A stretch of DNA of 64,000 bases from an uncultured virus (IMG/VR IMGVR_UViG_3300028646_000003) (IMGVR_UViG_3300028646_000003:1-64000); one strand, 5' to 3'; shown: positions 9,783-21,238, counted from the first letter of the stretch. The notes: generated by a model from the sequence alone, not told the origin. A program made the numbers and translations.

Positions 9783-10807
9783 TGGGTTATTACAAGGAAG
9801 ATAAATTTAATTATTATATTAAAATAATTAAAGATAATAATTCAGATATAAAACTATTTAATAATTCAAAAGACACTTTAACCTTTGAAGAATATAAAGG
9901 CGTAAAATCTTATTATTATATAAAGTGTGATATTTGTGGAACATATGTTAGGAAAACATTAGATAATACTGTTAACAATAAATGTTATACATGTAACGAT
10001 TGTGCTAGTAAGATAACAGGAGATAAAAATAAATTATCATTTAAAAAAGCCATAAAAAGAGTTGAGTTATTAAAATCTGAAATAAGATTAGATCTATCTC
10101 ATTCTATAGTAGAAAAAGAATGGAATAAAGTTATAGATAAATATTGGTTTAAATGTACAAAGTGTGGTCAATGGATGTTTAGAGAATATAGATTATTTGT
10201 TGATAAGGGTGGAAATATTTGTGGAGATTGTGGTGGACAAACCTCATGGGATATAGTTTCTGCCAAAACCAAAATAAAAGAATTAGGAAGTGAATTAATA
10301 AATGATGAATGGTTGGGAGTTGACCATAGATATATGTTTAGATGTATTAAATGTGGTGGTTTAACCAATAAAACTTTTGATAAATTTGTTAATAGCAATC
10401 AGCGTTTATGTAATTCATGTTCTGGATCAAAAGGAGAAATTATTATACAAAAGACATTAGAAGAACATAACATTAAATTTATTCCACAATATAGATTCGA
10501 TGATTTAAGAGGTGAGAATAAACAATTTTTAAAATTTGATTTTGGTATTTTGGATTATAATGATAAATTAAAAAATCTAATAGAATATCAAGGTGAGCAA
10601 CATTATTTTCCAGTAGATTTTGCAAATAGAGGTGAAGAATGGGCTAAGGAGCAATTTCAAAAAAATCAATATAGAGATAATATGAAAAGAGAATATGTAT
10701 CAATTAAAAATATAGAACTATTAGAAATTCCATACTGGGATTACAATAATATAAAAAAGATATTAGGAGGTTTATTATGGGAGAAAGAAAATCAAAAGAG
10801 TATTTAA
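9782..10807 (+). CDS. putative homing endonuclease (multiple CxxC plus DUF2726/Vsr-like nuclease)
   Basis: Six CxxC pairs, then SKGE..FIPQYRF..LKFDF..LIEYQGEQH..D..K..LLEIPYW. Confidence 0.7.
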   Translation: MGYYKEDKFNYYIKIIKDNNSDIKLFNNSKDTLTFEEYKGVKSYYYIKCDICGTYVRKTLDNTVNNKCYTCNDCASKITGDKNKLSFKKAIKRVELLKSEIRLDLSHSIVEKEWNKVIDKYWFKCTKCGQWMFREYRLFVDKGGNICGDCGGQTSWDIVSAKTKIKELGSELINDEWLGVDHRYMFRCIKCGGLTNKTFDKFVNSNQRLCNSCSGSKGEIIIQKTLEEHNIKFIPQYRFDDLRGENKQFLKFDFGILDYNDKLKNLIEYQGEQHYFPVDFANRGEEWAKEQFQKNQYRDNMKREYVSIKNIELLEIPYWDYNNIKKILGGLLWEKENQKSI

Positions 10808-12003
10808 ATAAATTAAAAAATAAACTAGGAGTAGATATAATTTATTCATGGTCAAGATATCATTCTTACTGTAATGATAGTTATAGTTATTTATTAAAAT
10901 ATATAAAACACGAGAAAGAAGTAAAAAAGGATGGTATATATGGAGTTTCAGGTAATGTATGCCACGATATCATAGAACGTTATTATCTAGGTGAATTAAA
11001 ATATGAAGATATGCTAAATGAATATGAAGAAAAATTGTTTGAAATGAATGCAATGGAATTAAAATATAATAGAATTGACGAAGAAGCAAATAAAAAGATA
11101 GCAGATAAATATGAAAATAATATAAGATTGTTTTTTCAACAATATAAACCTATTGAAAGTAAAATGGTATTAGAACAGTTTGTAACAATTAAAGTAGGTA
11201 AGTTCTATTTTCAAGGTTATATAGATTTTGTACATAGAGATACAGAAGGTAATTACATAATAGAAGATTTTAAAACTTCAACTATTTACACAGGAGCTAA
11301 AAAAATAGCCGAAGGTGGACAATTAATACTATATTCAGAAAGTCTTATACAAAAAGGAATCCCTTTAGAAAAGATTAAGATTAGATGGAATTTTCTTAAA
11401 TATTGTAGCATTGAAAGTGACTTGTTTAGTATTGATAAGGAAACAAAAAAGAATAAAACAAAAAGTAAAAATTGTTCAAGAGCAACATGGGTAAAAGAAA
11501 GTGAAGGGAATATAAAAAAATGGTTAACCAAAAGTGAGATGTATGATGAATTAGAAATTGAAGATATGATGCAAACTTGTATTGAAAATAATAATTTAGA
11601 AACACTTCCACAAGATATACAAGATAGATTTAGAATGGAAGATTGTTATGTTTACTTAGAATTAACACAAGAAATGATAGATGATTTAAAAGATAATATA
11701 ATCAATACTTTAGAAGATATAGAAATTAAAACTGCTAAGACTAAAGATATATTAAAAACATTAGAAAGTTTAGACAAAATAAAAGATAAACAACAAATTA
11801 AAGAGTTAAATCAAGAAATAGATGAAATGTTTTGGAGTGAAATTGATGCAAGTAAAGAATATTACTACTATAATCTAATGCCTTATACAAGACAACAGCA
11901 CAAACCTTTTGATGAATACTTAAAGGACGTTAATATGTTTGTAGAAGATAGCTTTGATAAAGAAGAAATAGGTGACGGCTTAGATTGGTTAAATGATTTG
12001 TAA
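10777..12003 (+). CDS. PD-(D/E)XK (RecB-family) nuclease
   Basis: SWSR..GNVCHDIIE..E..GYIDF..IEDFKT..QLILY. Confidence 0.8.
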   Translation: MGERKSKEYLNKLKNKLGVDIIYSWSRYHSYCNDSYSYLLKYIKHEKEVKKDGIYGVSGNVCHDIIERYYLGELKYEDMLNEYEEKLFEMNAMELKYNRIDEEANKKIADKYENNIRLFFQQYKPIESKMVLEQFVTIKVGKFYFQGYIDFVHRDTEGNYIIEDFKTSTIYTGAKKIAEGGQLILYSESLIQKGIPLEKIKIRWNFLKYCSIESDLFSIDKETKKNKTKSKNCSRATWVKESEGNIKKWLTKSEMYDELEIEDMMQTCIENNNLETLPQDIQDRFRMEDCYVYLELTQEMIDDLKDNIINTLEDIEIKTAKTKDILKTLESLDKIKDKQQIKELNQEIDEMFWSEIDASKEYYYYNLMPYTRQQHKPFDEYLKDVNMFVEDSFDKEEIGDGLDWLNDL

Positions 12004-12021
12004 GAAAGAGGTTGTTTAAAT

Positions 12022-12783
12022 ATGAGAAAAACTAATAGAATTGGAGAAAATAGTATAAATAAACAAGGATTAAAAATGAAAATAATTGAATATAGAAGGA
12101 ATGATGATATTACAGTAAAGTTTGAAGATGATTATGCTTGCGAAAGCCAATATGTACTTTTTCAAAAAGGTTCTATTAAGAATCCTTACTTTAGAGAAAC
12201 ACAAGGAGTTGGATATATAGGAGAAGGCAAATATAAACCAAGTATTAATAATAAATTAACTATTCAATATAAATATTGGATGTCTATGTTTTATAGGTGT
12301 TATAACGAAGACTATCATAAAAAAGAAAATACTTATATAGATTGTTTTGTTTGCGAAGAGTGGCATAATTATCAATCATTTGGAAAATGGTTTGATGAAA
12401 ATTACTATGAAATAGAAAATGAAGTTATGCAAATAGACAAAGACATACTAATTAAGGGAAATAAAATATATAGTCCAAAGAATTGTGTATTTGTTCCTAG
12501 ATCAATAAATAATTTATTTGTAAAAAACGATAAAGTTAGAGGAAAATATCCTATTGGTGTTACTGAAAGAAACAATGGATATCAAGCAAGATTAAATAAA
12601 AATACAAAAGACATCAAACTAAGAATAAGCTTAGGTGTTTTTGATACTCCACAACAAGCATTTAATGCTTATAAAATAGCTAAAGAGAATTATATTAAAA
12701 AAGTTGCTAATGATTATAAGGGCAAAATACCAAACAATTTATATAATGCAATGATAAATTATAAAGTTGAAATGACAGATTAA
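12022..12783 (+). CDS. putative HNH-like homing endonuclease with AP2-like tail
   Basis: W..M..RCY, VCEEWHNYQSF and IDKDILIKGNKIYSP.NCVFVP..IN motifs; C-terminal YQAR..LGVFDTPQQA. Confidence 0.7.
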   Translation: MRKTNRIGENSINKQGLKMKIIEYRRNDDITVKFEDDYACESQYVLFQKGSIKNPYFRETQGVGYIGEGKYKPSINNKLTIQYKYWMSMFYRCYNEDYHKKENTYIDCFVCEEWHNYQSFGKWFDENYYEIENEVMQIDKDILIKGNKIYSPKNCVFVPRSINNLFVKNDKVRGKYPIGVTERNNGYQARLNKNTKDIKLRISLGVFDTPQQAFNAYKIAKENYIKKVANDYKGKIPNNLYNAMINYKVEMTD

Positions 12784-12814
12784 AAAATTTTATAAAAGAG
12801 AGTGGTGAAATTTT

Positions 12815-14095
12815 ATGGAAGAAAACTACATTGTACATCATTTACATGATGACACATCTAACTGTAATGGATATGCTGATTCATGTACTAAATATGAAGA
12901 ATATATTAAATTAGCAAAAAAATGTGGAATGAAAGCAATAGCATTCAGTAATCATGGTGGTATATATGATTGGATTAAAAAGAAACAATACTGTGATAAA
13001 AATGGAATTAAATATATACATGGAGTTGAATTGTATTTATGTATTAATCTTCAGGACAATACTAGAGGATATCATATAGGATTGTATGGAAAGAATTGGG
13101 AAGGAGTTAAAGAACTAAATACTCTTATGTCAATGGCGACTTCAAAAGGAGTAAAAGAGGATAAATCAGATAGACACATGTATTATAATCCTAGAATATC
13201 ATTTGAAGAACTCATGAATACAAGTGATAATATTATAATTACTACTGCTTGTTTAGCTTCTCCACTATGTAAATTAGGCAATAAAGATATATTAAATGAC
13301 GTAGAAGGTAATGAAACCGAAGAAGGTAGAAAACAATATGAATATAATTTACAAAAAAGAGATGAATTATTACAATGGTTATCTAAACACAATGATAGAT
13401 GTTTTTTAGAGATTCAATATCATAATTGTAATAGTCAAATAGAATTTAATAGTCAATTATATGAATGGTCTAAATTATATAATATACCACTAATAAGTGG
13501 AACAGATACTCATTCATCTAATAAATATAAAGCCGAATGTAGAACAGTTTTACAAAAAGCTAAAGATAGTTTTTATGGAGAAGAAGATGAGTTTGATTTA
13601 ATATGGAAAACATATGATGAATTAGTAGAATCATTTAAAATACAAAATTCCTTACCATTAGAAGTTGTACTTGAAGCAATTAATAATACAAATGTTTTAT
13701 CTAATATGGTAGAAGAGTTTACATTAGATAAAACATTTAAATACCCAAATTTATATGGTAATAATTCAAAATTATTATGGAAAAATAGAATATTTAAAAT
13801 GTTAAAAGATAAAAAGGAACGCAATATTATAGATGTTTCTAAATTAGAAGAATACAAAAAAGCAATATTAGAAGAATTTGATGTAATGTCTAAGTTAGGA
13901 ATGGAAAGTTTTATGATGTTTATGTCAGAACTTATGGAGTGGGCTAGAAATAGTGATATACATTCTAGCCCATGTAGGGGAAGCGTAGGAGGAAGCATTA
14001 TAGCATATATAACTGATATAATTACTGTAGATCCTATTAAGTGGCACACAGTATTTTCAAGATTTTGTAATGCAGATAGAATAAGTCTTGGTGAT
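12815..14095 (+). CDS. dnaE: DNA polymerase III alpha subunit, exon 1
   Basis: PHP domain (HHLH, NHG, HGVELY, GTDTH), then RGSVGGS and FSRFCN..RISLGD; interrupted just before the catalytic DxD. Confidence 0.92.
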
Positions 14096-15354
14096 TAAAA
14101 TAACAAAATAGTTCTAAATAATAAATAAATATGATATAATAAATTAAAATAAAGGAGGTGAGAATTATGAATCAAGAGTATAAAATGAAAATTTCCAAGG
14201 AAACAATTATTGATATATATTATAATGAATATATTAATGGGACTTCTGCTTTAAAATTAGAAGAAAAATATGAATTAAGTAAAGGATATTTATATAGATG
14301 GTTTAATAAACTTGATTTACCCTTAAGAGATAATAGTGTTAATTCTAAACAATACAGTTTTAATGAAAACTACTTTGAAAACATAGATACCGAAGATAAA
14401 GCATATTGGTTAGGTTTTGTATATGCTGATGGCTTTATAACATCTAAAAGAAAACACGCTAATAGAAGTTTAGGAATTTCTTTAGGTATTAAAGACGAAA
14501 GTCATTTGCAAAAACTAAATTATTGTTTAAATAGCAATACACCAGTAAATAAATATATAGAAACTGCTGGATTTGGGATAGGAAATAAATATTGTAGAGT
14601 TATATATGTAAGTAAGAAATTAACAAATGATTTAATAAAACATGGTGTATATGAAAATAAAACTGATATAATAACATCTCCTAATACAATTCCTTATAAA
14701 TATATAAAAGATTTTATTAGAGGATATTTCGACGGAGACGGAAGTATTTGGAAACAAGATAGTAATACACAAGTAAATATTGGTTTCGTTGGAACTAATG
14801 ACTTGTTGCAGTTTATTATGAAGTATTTATTAGATAATAATGCTATATTAAGAGAATATCCTTTGAATAAAAGAAAATCTGAACAAATAGTTAGTAATTT
14901 TAAATTTGGTGGAAATTATAATTCGTTTAGATTTTTAGATTTTATATACAAGGACTCAAATATTTATTTAAATAGAAAGTATCATATTTATTTAGAATTA
15001 AAAGAACACATTGATAGTCACCCTATACAGTAATGTATAGTATAAAAAATTCGGTGAACTTATAAGTATAAGGTGTATAATCAACGAATAGTAATGCTAG
15101 GAAATGAGTATTAATGATTATGCTAACAGGGGAAGCCTTAACGTAAAGACGATGGTAATCCTGTGCCAAGCTTGTAGAGAAATCTACTTGAAGGTCAAAC
15201 GACTAAAATGAGTTGGAATACAACTCTAAGAGGATTAAAGCATGGTGAAAGTCCAAATCCGTAGTGCCGAACTCCTATTTATATAGGATGAAGATATAGT
15301 CTACTCCGACTCTTAATTGAGTGTTAAAGTATTAGGAAACTAACGGTATCAAGG
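14096..15354 (+). mobile_element. group I intron in dnaE
   Basis: 5' exon ends GGTGAT and pairs with GTCACC (15017-15022, U.G at the splice site). Core elements AATCCTGTGCCAAG, AACGACTA and GATATAGTCT are present. Terminal G is 15354. Splicing restores ..SLGD-IDEDF.. Confidence 0.88.
14167..15033 (+). CDS. intron-encoded double-motif LAGLIDADG homing endonuclease
   Basis: AYWLGFVYADG and DFIRGYFDGDG motifs; RBS AAGGAGGT before ATG 14167. Confidence 0.9.
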   Translation: MNQEYKMKISKETIIDIYYNEYINGTSALKLEEKYELSKGYLYRWFNKLDLPLRDNSVNSKQYSFNENYFENIDTEDKAYWLGFVYADGFITSKRKHANRSLGISLGIKDESHLQKLNYCLNSNTPVNKYIETAGFGIGNKYCRVIYVSKKLTNDLIKHGVYENKTDIITSPNTIPYKYIKDFIRGYFDGDGSIWKQDSNTQVNIGFVGTNDLLQFIMKYLLDNNAILREYPLNKRKSEQIVSNFKFGGNYNSFRFLDFIYKDSNIYLNRKYHIYLELKEHIDSHPIQ

Positions 15355-17439
15355 ATTGATGAAGACTTTGCTCCAAAAGATAGAATAAAAGTATATAAGT
15401 ATATCATAGAAAGATTTGGAAATAAGAATGTATCATATATATTATCACTTAGTACTATTCAAGATAGAGGTAGTATTGATGTATTAGCCAAAGGATTAAA
15501 TTATAAAGACTTAGATTTAGTTAAACAGATTAAAAATGAATTTGATAATATCTTCGATGAGTATTCTAAAATAATACAAGAAGAAGTTAACTTGGAAGAA
15601 TTAGACAACGCAACTTCTAAATCACCTAATTTTGATGATTACAAATTATATATAAATGTAATTAGAAATAAAGAAAAGTTAAAAAGAGTTAAAGAATTAA
15701 AAACGTTATGGGATACATTAAGAGAAGATAATAAAGAATTATTCTATTACTTTGATGGAATAAAAGGAACAGTTATAGCCAAAGGAAATCATCCTTCTGG
15801 AATGATAGGTAGTCCAATAACTCTATTTGATAATATGGGTGTATTTTATAAAGGAGGAGATGAAGATTTTCCTGTTTCATTTTGTGCTATGAAGGCAGTA
15901 GATTCATTGAATTATGTAAAGTTTGATATATTAGGACTGAAAACTATAGGTGTAATTCAAGATACATATAAATTATTAAATAAAAAATGGGAAGAAGCAC
16001 ATGAAATTAATTGGGACGATGATAATGTGTGGAGTGATATGTTAATTAGTAATGCTGGAATATTTCAATTCGAAGGAGATTATGCATTTGATTTATTATC
16101 TAAATTTAAACCACATGCAATAAACGATATGTCATTAGTAAATGCAAGTCTTAGACCATCAGGAAAGTCTTATAGAAATAGATTAATTAGTGGGGAATTT
16201 AATAAAAATCCATCTGAAATAATAGATAAGTTATTAGAGGCTAATAAAGGATTTTTGGTATTTCAAGAAGATTCGATTGCATTTTTACAAGAAATATGTG
16301 GCTTTAGTGGTTCTTTAGCCGATACTACAAGAAGAGCTATAGGAAAAAAAGACTTAGAATTACTAAAAGAACAACTCCCAAAAATATTAGAAGGTTATTG
16401 TAATAAATCAGATCAACCAAGAGAAATAGCTGAAAAAGAAGCAAAACAGTTTATACAAATAATTTCAGATTCCTCGGAATATCAATTTGGATATAATCAT
16501 AGCACAGGATATTCAATGAATGGTTATATGTGTGCAAGACTAAGATATTATTATCCATTAGAGTATACTACTGCATATTTAAATAATGCTGAAGACCAAG
16601 CTGATATAGATAATGGAATAGCCCTTGCTAAAGCTAAAAATATAAATATACAAAATCCTAAGTTTAGATATTCTAAAGGTGAATACATGTGTGATAAAGA
16701 AACAAATACAATTTATAAAGGTGTTGGATCAATTAAATATTTAAATGAAACATGTGCAAATCAATTATATGAATTAAAAAACAATGCCTATAATACTTTT
16801 ATAGATTTATTAAAAGATATAAAAGAAAAAGTAGATATAAATTCAAGACAATTAACAGCTTTGATTTTATTAGATTATTTTACCGAATTCGGTAAATCTA
16901 AAAAGTTATTAGAAGTATATAACAAATACACTGATTTAAGTAGCAGAAAACAATTCAAAAAAGTTGATTTAATAACAATGGGACTAACAGAGGATATTAT
17001 AAAAAGATATGCTAAAAAAGAAACAGAAAAGATATTTAAAGAAGTTGATGTTGAATCTTTGATAAATGAACTCATAGAAAATATAGAAAACAAAGACGTA
17101 CCTTTAAAAGAAAAAATATCTGCCGAAATAGAGTATTTGGGATATCCGATAACAAAAGTAGAAAATGATAGTTTATATTATGTTATAAAAATAGATGAAT
17201 TTAAAAATAAGAAGTCAATAACAAGATATCTAACAATGTACGATTTACATACAAATGATTTAATAAAATATAAACTATCTGATTTCTTATATTTTTATGA
17301 TAATCCAATTGAGGAAAAGGATATTGTGCAAATAACTAGTGAATCTAAAAAGCCTAAAAAGCATAAAGATGATAACGGAAATTGGAAAGTTGTGCCTAAT
17401 GAATTTAATCTTTGTATAGACTCATGGGTATGTTATTAA
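15355..17439 (+). CDS. dnaE: DNA polymerase III alpha subunit, exon 2
   Basis: Open from ATT GAT GAA GAC at 15355, in frame with ORF 15592. Contains HPSG, VKFDILGL, FQF, RP, FQE and FGYNHSTGY. Spliced product is about 1121 aa. Confidence 0.92.
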   Translation: MDEDFAPKDRIKVYKYIIERFGNKNVSYILSLSTIQDRGSIDVLAKGLNYKDLDLVKQIKNEFDNIFDEYSKIIQEEVNLEELDNATSKSPNFDDYKLYINVIRNKEKLKRVKELKTLWDTLREDNKELFYYFDGIKGTVIAKGNHPSGMIGSPITLFDNMGVFYKGGDEDFPVSFCAMKAVDSLNYVKFDILGLKTIGVIQDTYKLLNKKWEEAHEINWDDDNVWSDMLISNAGIFQFEGDYAFDLLSKFKPHAINDMSLVNASLRPSGKSYRNRLISGEFNKNPSEIIDKLLEANKGFLVFQEDSIAFLQEICGFSGSLADTTRRAIGKKDLELLKEQLPKILEGYCNKSDQPREIAEKEAKQFIQIISDSSEYQFGYNHSTGYSMNGYMCARLRYYYPLEYTTAYLNNAEDQADIDNGIALAKAKNINIQNPKFRYSKGEYMCDKETNTIYKGVGSIKYLNETCANQLYELKNNAYNTFIDLLKDIKEKVDINSRQLTALILLDYFTEFGKSKKLLEVYNKYTDLSSRKQFKKVDLITMGLTEDIIKRYAKKETEKIFKEVDVESLINELIENIENKDVPLKEKISAEIEYLGYPITKVENDSLYYVIKIDEFKNKKSITRYLTMYDLHTNDLIKYKLSDFLYFYDNPIEEKDIVQITSESKKPKKHKDDNGNWKVVPNEFNLCIDSWVCY

Positions 17440-17464
17440 ATAAAATAAAAAGGAATGTGATTAA

Positions 17465-19696
17465 ATGAGTAATGAAGTAAAATTCAAAGCAACGATAATA
17501 AGAAATAGATTTAATAGTGAAGATTTTAAAATATATGTAGCAGATGTTAATAAACAAGTATATAAGGATTTAAAAGGAAATAGAAATAATGAATATATAT
17601 TAGTGGGAAATACTCCTAATCTAATTCCTGATGTAGAATATGATATAACTGCTGTTCCAGAGATAAATAAAAAGTTTGGAATCCAATATAAGGTTTTGAC
17701 AGTAAAAAGAGATAAACCTACTGATTATAATAGTTCAAAAAGTTTCTTAGATGAGATATTAACTAAAGCACAATCAGAAGTTTTGTTATCAGTTTACCCT
17801 AATATAATAGATAAGATTGTGAAAAATGATTTAAGTGATATTGATTTGCAAAAAACAAAAGGAATTAAAGAACCTACATTTGATAAAATAAAGAATAAAG
17901 TCATTGAAAACTTTTGCTTAATTGAATTAGTAGAAGTTTTTGGAGGGCTAATAGATATAAATGTTATTAAAAAATTATACTCACAATACACAAGTGTAAA
18001 TACCATTAAGAAAGCTTTAAAATCAGATCCATATAAATGTTTGTGTAAATTATCAAGAGTTGGATTTAAAACTGCTGATAGTATTTTATTAAATCTAGAA
18101 CAACAAAACATAGATAATCCAGATAAGTTTAAGTTCAAATTTGACTATGATTTAAAATATTCTATTCAAAGAATGAAATCTTGTCTAAATTATATATTAG
18201 AAGAAAATGAATCTAGTGGAAATACAAAAATAGGATTAAAAGAAGTGAGACAACAATGTGGTAAATTAGTTCCAGGGTGTATTAGTTTATTTGTACAAGT
18301 TATTAAAGAAAATAGTGAAGATATTTATGTTGATTTAGAAACCAAGCAAATATCTTCACTAGAAAGTTATAATACTGAAAAGTATATTGCTAGTTTTGTT
18401 AAAGATATGCTTGAAAATCCTATAGTATGGAATATTAATACTGAATTATTTAGAGAAATTGATGATATTAGTATAACTGATGAACAATTATCTACTTTAG
18501 ATATGATGTGTAATAATAATATAGGCATTCTTACAGCTCCAGCAGGAAGTGGAAAGTCGGCTAGTGCTAAAGCATTAATAAATATGCTAGAATCAAATAA
18601 TAAAACTTATAAATTAATGACACCAACTGGTGCTAGTTCAAAAGTTTTAGCAGACTATACTGATAGAAAATGTGGAACTATACATAGACAATTAGAATAT
18701 AAACCAATTAAAGGACAAAATCCTTGGGGATATAATGAAGAACATAAATTGGACGTTGATGTTGTTATAATTGATGAATTTTCAATGACGGATATATTCT
18801 TATTTAAGCATGTGATTGATGCAATTGATATAACTAAAACAAAGATATTATTTATATTTGATTCATTTCAATTACCTTCTGTATCATGTGGAAATGTAGC
18901 ACAAGATTTATTATCTAGTGGAATTGTTCCAACAGTTATTTTAACAAAGATATTCAGATATTCCGAAGGTGGTCTTATGCAAGTTGTAACTAAGATAAGA
19001 GAAAGTGAATCATTTTTACCCAGTTCATTTAAAGGTAATCATATATTTGGAACTAAAAAAGATTTTGTATATAGTGAACTACAACAAGAAAAAATACCTA
19101 AACAAGTTTTAATAATATATAATAAACTAATAAGCGATGGTTATACTCCACAAGATATTATGGTTTTATCATCACAAAACAAGGGAGATTATGGTACAAA
19201 AGCTATTAATAAAATTATACAACAACTTATTCAAAAAGATAAAAAGAATTATTTCTTAATAAGAGGTGATGTGAAATTCTTTAAAGGTGATAAGATAATT
19301 CAAATAACTAATAATTATAAAGCAAAAACTCCGATGGGAAATGAAACATCTATTTTTAATGGGAATACAGGAGTTATCATAAATGTAAATTATAACGATA
19401 TGGATGTTCAATTTGATGATTGTGTAATAACATATGGAAAAGAAGAATTAAATCAAATTGAATTAGGATATTGTATTTCAATTCATAAAAGTCAAGGTGC
19501 TTCGGCAAAACAAGTAATAGTTATAGCACCCAAAGCACATACTTTTATGATGAACTCTAATTTACTATATGTAGCACCAACAAGAGCAAAAGAAAGAGTT
19601 TATATGATGGGAAATATTGCTACTATAAATTCTGCTATTAAAAAGAAAGAAAATCTTAATAGAGATACATGGTTAAGAGAATTATTAATATCTTAG
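17465..19696 (+). CDS. recD2: RecD2-like SF1B helicase
   Basis: GFKTAD HhH, APAGSGKS, TIHR, IIDEFSM, QLPSV, HKSQG and LLYVAPTRAK motifs. Confidence 0.9.
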   Translation: MSNEVKFKATIIRNRFNSEDFKIYVADVNKQVYKDLKGNRNNEYILVGNTPNLIPDVEYDITAVPEINKKFGIQYKVLTVKRDKPTDYNSSKSFLDEILTKAQSEVLLSVYPNIIDKIVKNDLSDIDLQKTKGIKEPTFDKIKNKVIENFCLIELVEVFGGLIDINVIKKLYSQYTSVNTIKKALKSDPYKCLCKLSRVGFKTADSILLNLEQQNIDNPDKFKFKFDYDLKYSIQRMKSCLNYILEENESSGNTKIGLKEVRQQCGKLVPGCISLFVQVIKENSEDIYVDLETKQISSLESYNTEKYIASFVKDMLENPIVWNINTELFREIDDISITDEQLSTLDMMCNNNIGILTAPAGSGKSASAKALINMLESNNKTYKLMTPTGASSKVLADYTDRKCGTIHRQLEYKPIKGQNPWGYNEEHKLDVDVVIIDEFSMTDIFLFKHVIDAIDITKTKILFIFDSFQLPSVSCGNVAQDLLSSGIVPTVILTKIFRYSEGGLMQVVTKIRESESFLPSSFKGNHIFGTKKDFVYSELQQEKIPKQVLIIYNKLISDGYTPQDIMVLSSQNKGDYGTKAINKIIQQLIQKDKKNYFLIRGDVKFFKGDKIIQITNNYKAKTPMGNETSIFNGNTGVIINVNYNDMDVQFDDCVITYGKEELNQIELGYCISIHKSQGASAKQVIVIAPKAHTFMMNSNLLYVAPTRAKERVYMMGNIATINSAIKKKENLNRDTWLRELLIS

Positions 19697-19727
19697 AAAT
19701 ATAATAACAAATTAATGTAGAAAGTAA

Positions 19728-19756
19728 TTGACAATAAAACAGAATAGTGGTAATAT
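19728..19756 (+). promoter_or_regulatory. sigmaA-type promoter
   Basis: TTGACA-17 bp-TAATAT with extended TG; AACAAATTAATGT at 19706-19718; hairpin AGATACAGGAT/ATCTTGTATCT downstream. Confidence 0.7.
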
Positions 19757-19853
19757 TTAGATACAGGATAAATTACTAAATCTTGTATCTTATTTTTACA
19801 CTTGAAGAACCACAACAATAATCTAATTGTGAGATATCACAAAAACTACATAT

Positions 19854-19944
19854 AAGAATGGCTTAAATAGGTACGAAATTTGTTATATATTCCAATAATA
19901 ACCCAATAAAAACGTTATTTTAAGTGAAGTTAATAAATTAATAT
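19854..19944 (+). repeat. composite intergenic repeat, copy
   Basis: AAGAATGGCT, then TAAAA-ACGTTA-TTTTA (19907-19922), 9 bp, AATAAATTAATAT. Confidence 0.75.
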
Positions 19945-19966
19945 AAATATAAAGGAGTGAATAATT

Positions 19967-21174
19967 ATGCCAAATAATAATCAACCAAACGGAAGATTAG
20001 GACAAACTGAAACTATGACAAGAAACAATCAAGATGAAAGGCAAGAAAGGTTAAATAGATTATTAAGAAGAAATGCTGAAACAGAGAACCTAGAAATAGA
20101 GAAGAACGTAGAGAGCAAGGGAATAGAGACCCTATATGTTCAAACTCCGAAAGAATTGGAGATTTAACAACATTAAATACTACTAATGAATTAAGTTTTC
20201 AACAAGAATATTTAACTCAATGGGTTACATCAAGTCCTGAGTTAACAACTACAAGAGGTAGACAGGCAGGAAGATCTTATTTTCATGATATGTCTCCATC
20301 AATGATGTCTTTTGACTTGGCTAATGGTTCATCTATATCAGGATTAAACTATACACCAACTACCACTAAGTATATAAAACATTATAACTATGTTCCAGAA
20401 AAATTTAACTTTCATCATACTGAATTAGATTATAATGAAACATGTGTAAATTTATATATGGGAGTTGAATTAGAAATTGACAATGGTGGAGAATCTGATG
20501 ACAATGCTAAATTTATTCAAGAGTATTTAGGCGAAGATAATTGTTATATAATGCATGATGGTAGTTTGGCTAAAGGATTGGAAATCACAACTCATCCTTG
20601 TAGTTTAAATTATCACAAGTCACTACCATATGAAGGTTTATTTAAAGAATTAAGCAATAAAGATTATAAATCACATGAAACTAAAACTTGTGGATTACAT
20701 GTTCATGTAAATAGAAATTTCTTTGGTGAAGATGCCACATTACAAGATTTATGTATTACAAAGGTTTTATATTTACTTGAAAAGCATTGGGATAATATCA
20801 AAGTAATAGCCCGTAGAGATAGCAGTAGATTTGCTGAACGATTTTTTATGAAAGATAATGAAAGTTTGTTTACTTTACTTGCGAAAGCCAAAGGTGAATA
20901 TGGGCATATGTATAGTAATGCTAAATATCAAATAGTAAATCTACTACATAAAGATACCGTAGAATTTAGGTTGTTTAAAGGAACATTAAAATATGAAACA
21001 TTCATAGCTACTTTAGAATTTGTAAGAAACTTGGTTTATCTATGTAAGAATAAGCCACTAGAACAAATACAAATGACAAGCTTTGAAGAAATTATAACCG
21101 GATTAGATACTGAATATTTAGTTACTTACTTAGAAGAAAGAGGATTAACTTTATCTGATAAAGTTGCAATGTAA
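19967..21174 (+). pseudogene. putative amidoligase (Amidoligase_2-like), apparently frameshifted near 20080
   Basis: ORF 20290..21174 has GVELEID, HDGSL, EITTHP, CGLHVHV and TVEFR. Its frame is open back to about 20080 and joins ORF 19967 by a single-base shift. Confidence 0.65.
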
Positions 21175-21209
21175 CAATATTAATAATTAATAAATTAATA
21201 TATAAAGCA

Positions 21210-21238
21210 TTGAACAAATTAGAAAGTTATGGTAGTAT
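21210..21238 (+). promoter_or_regulatory. sigmaA-type promoter
   Basis: TTGAAC-17 bp-TAGTAT with extended TG; AATAAATTAATAT at 21189-21201. Confidence 0.55.

Noticed and set aside
12815..17439. Split DnaE intein or two separate genes
   Set aside because: No Cys/Ser..His-Asn intein ends; the group I core and a frame-restoring splice junction explain the break.
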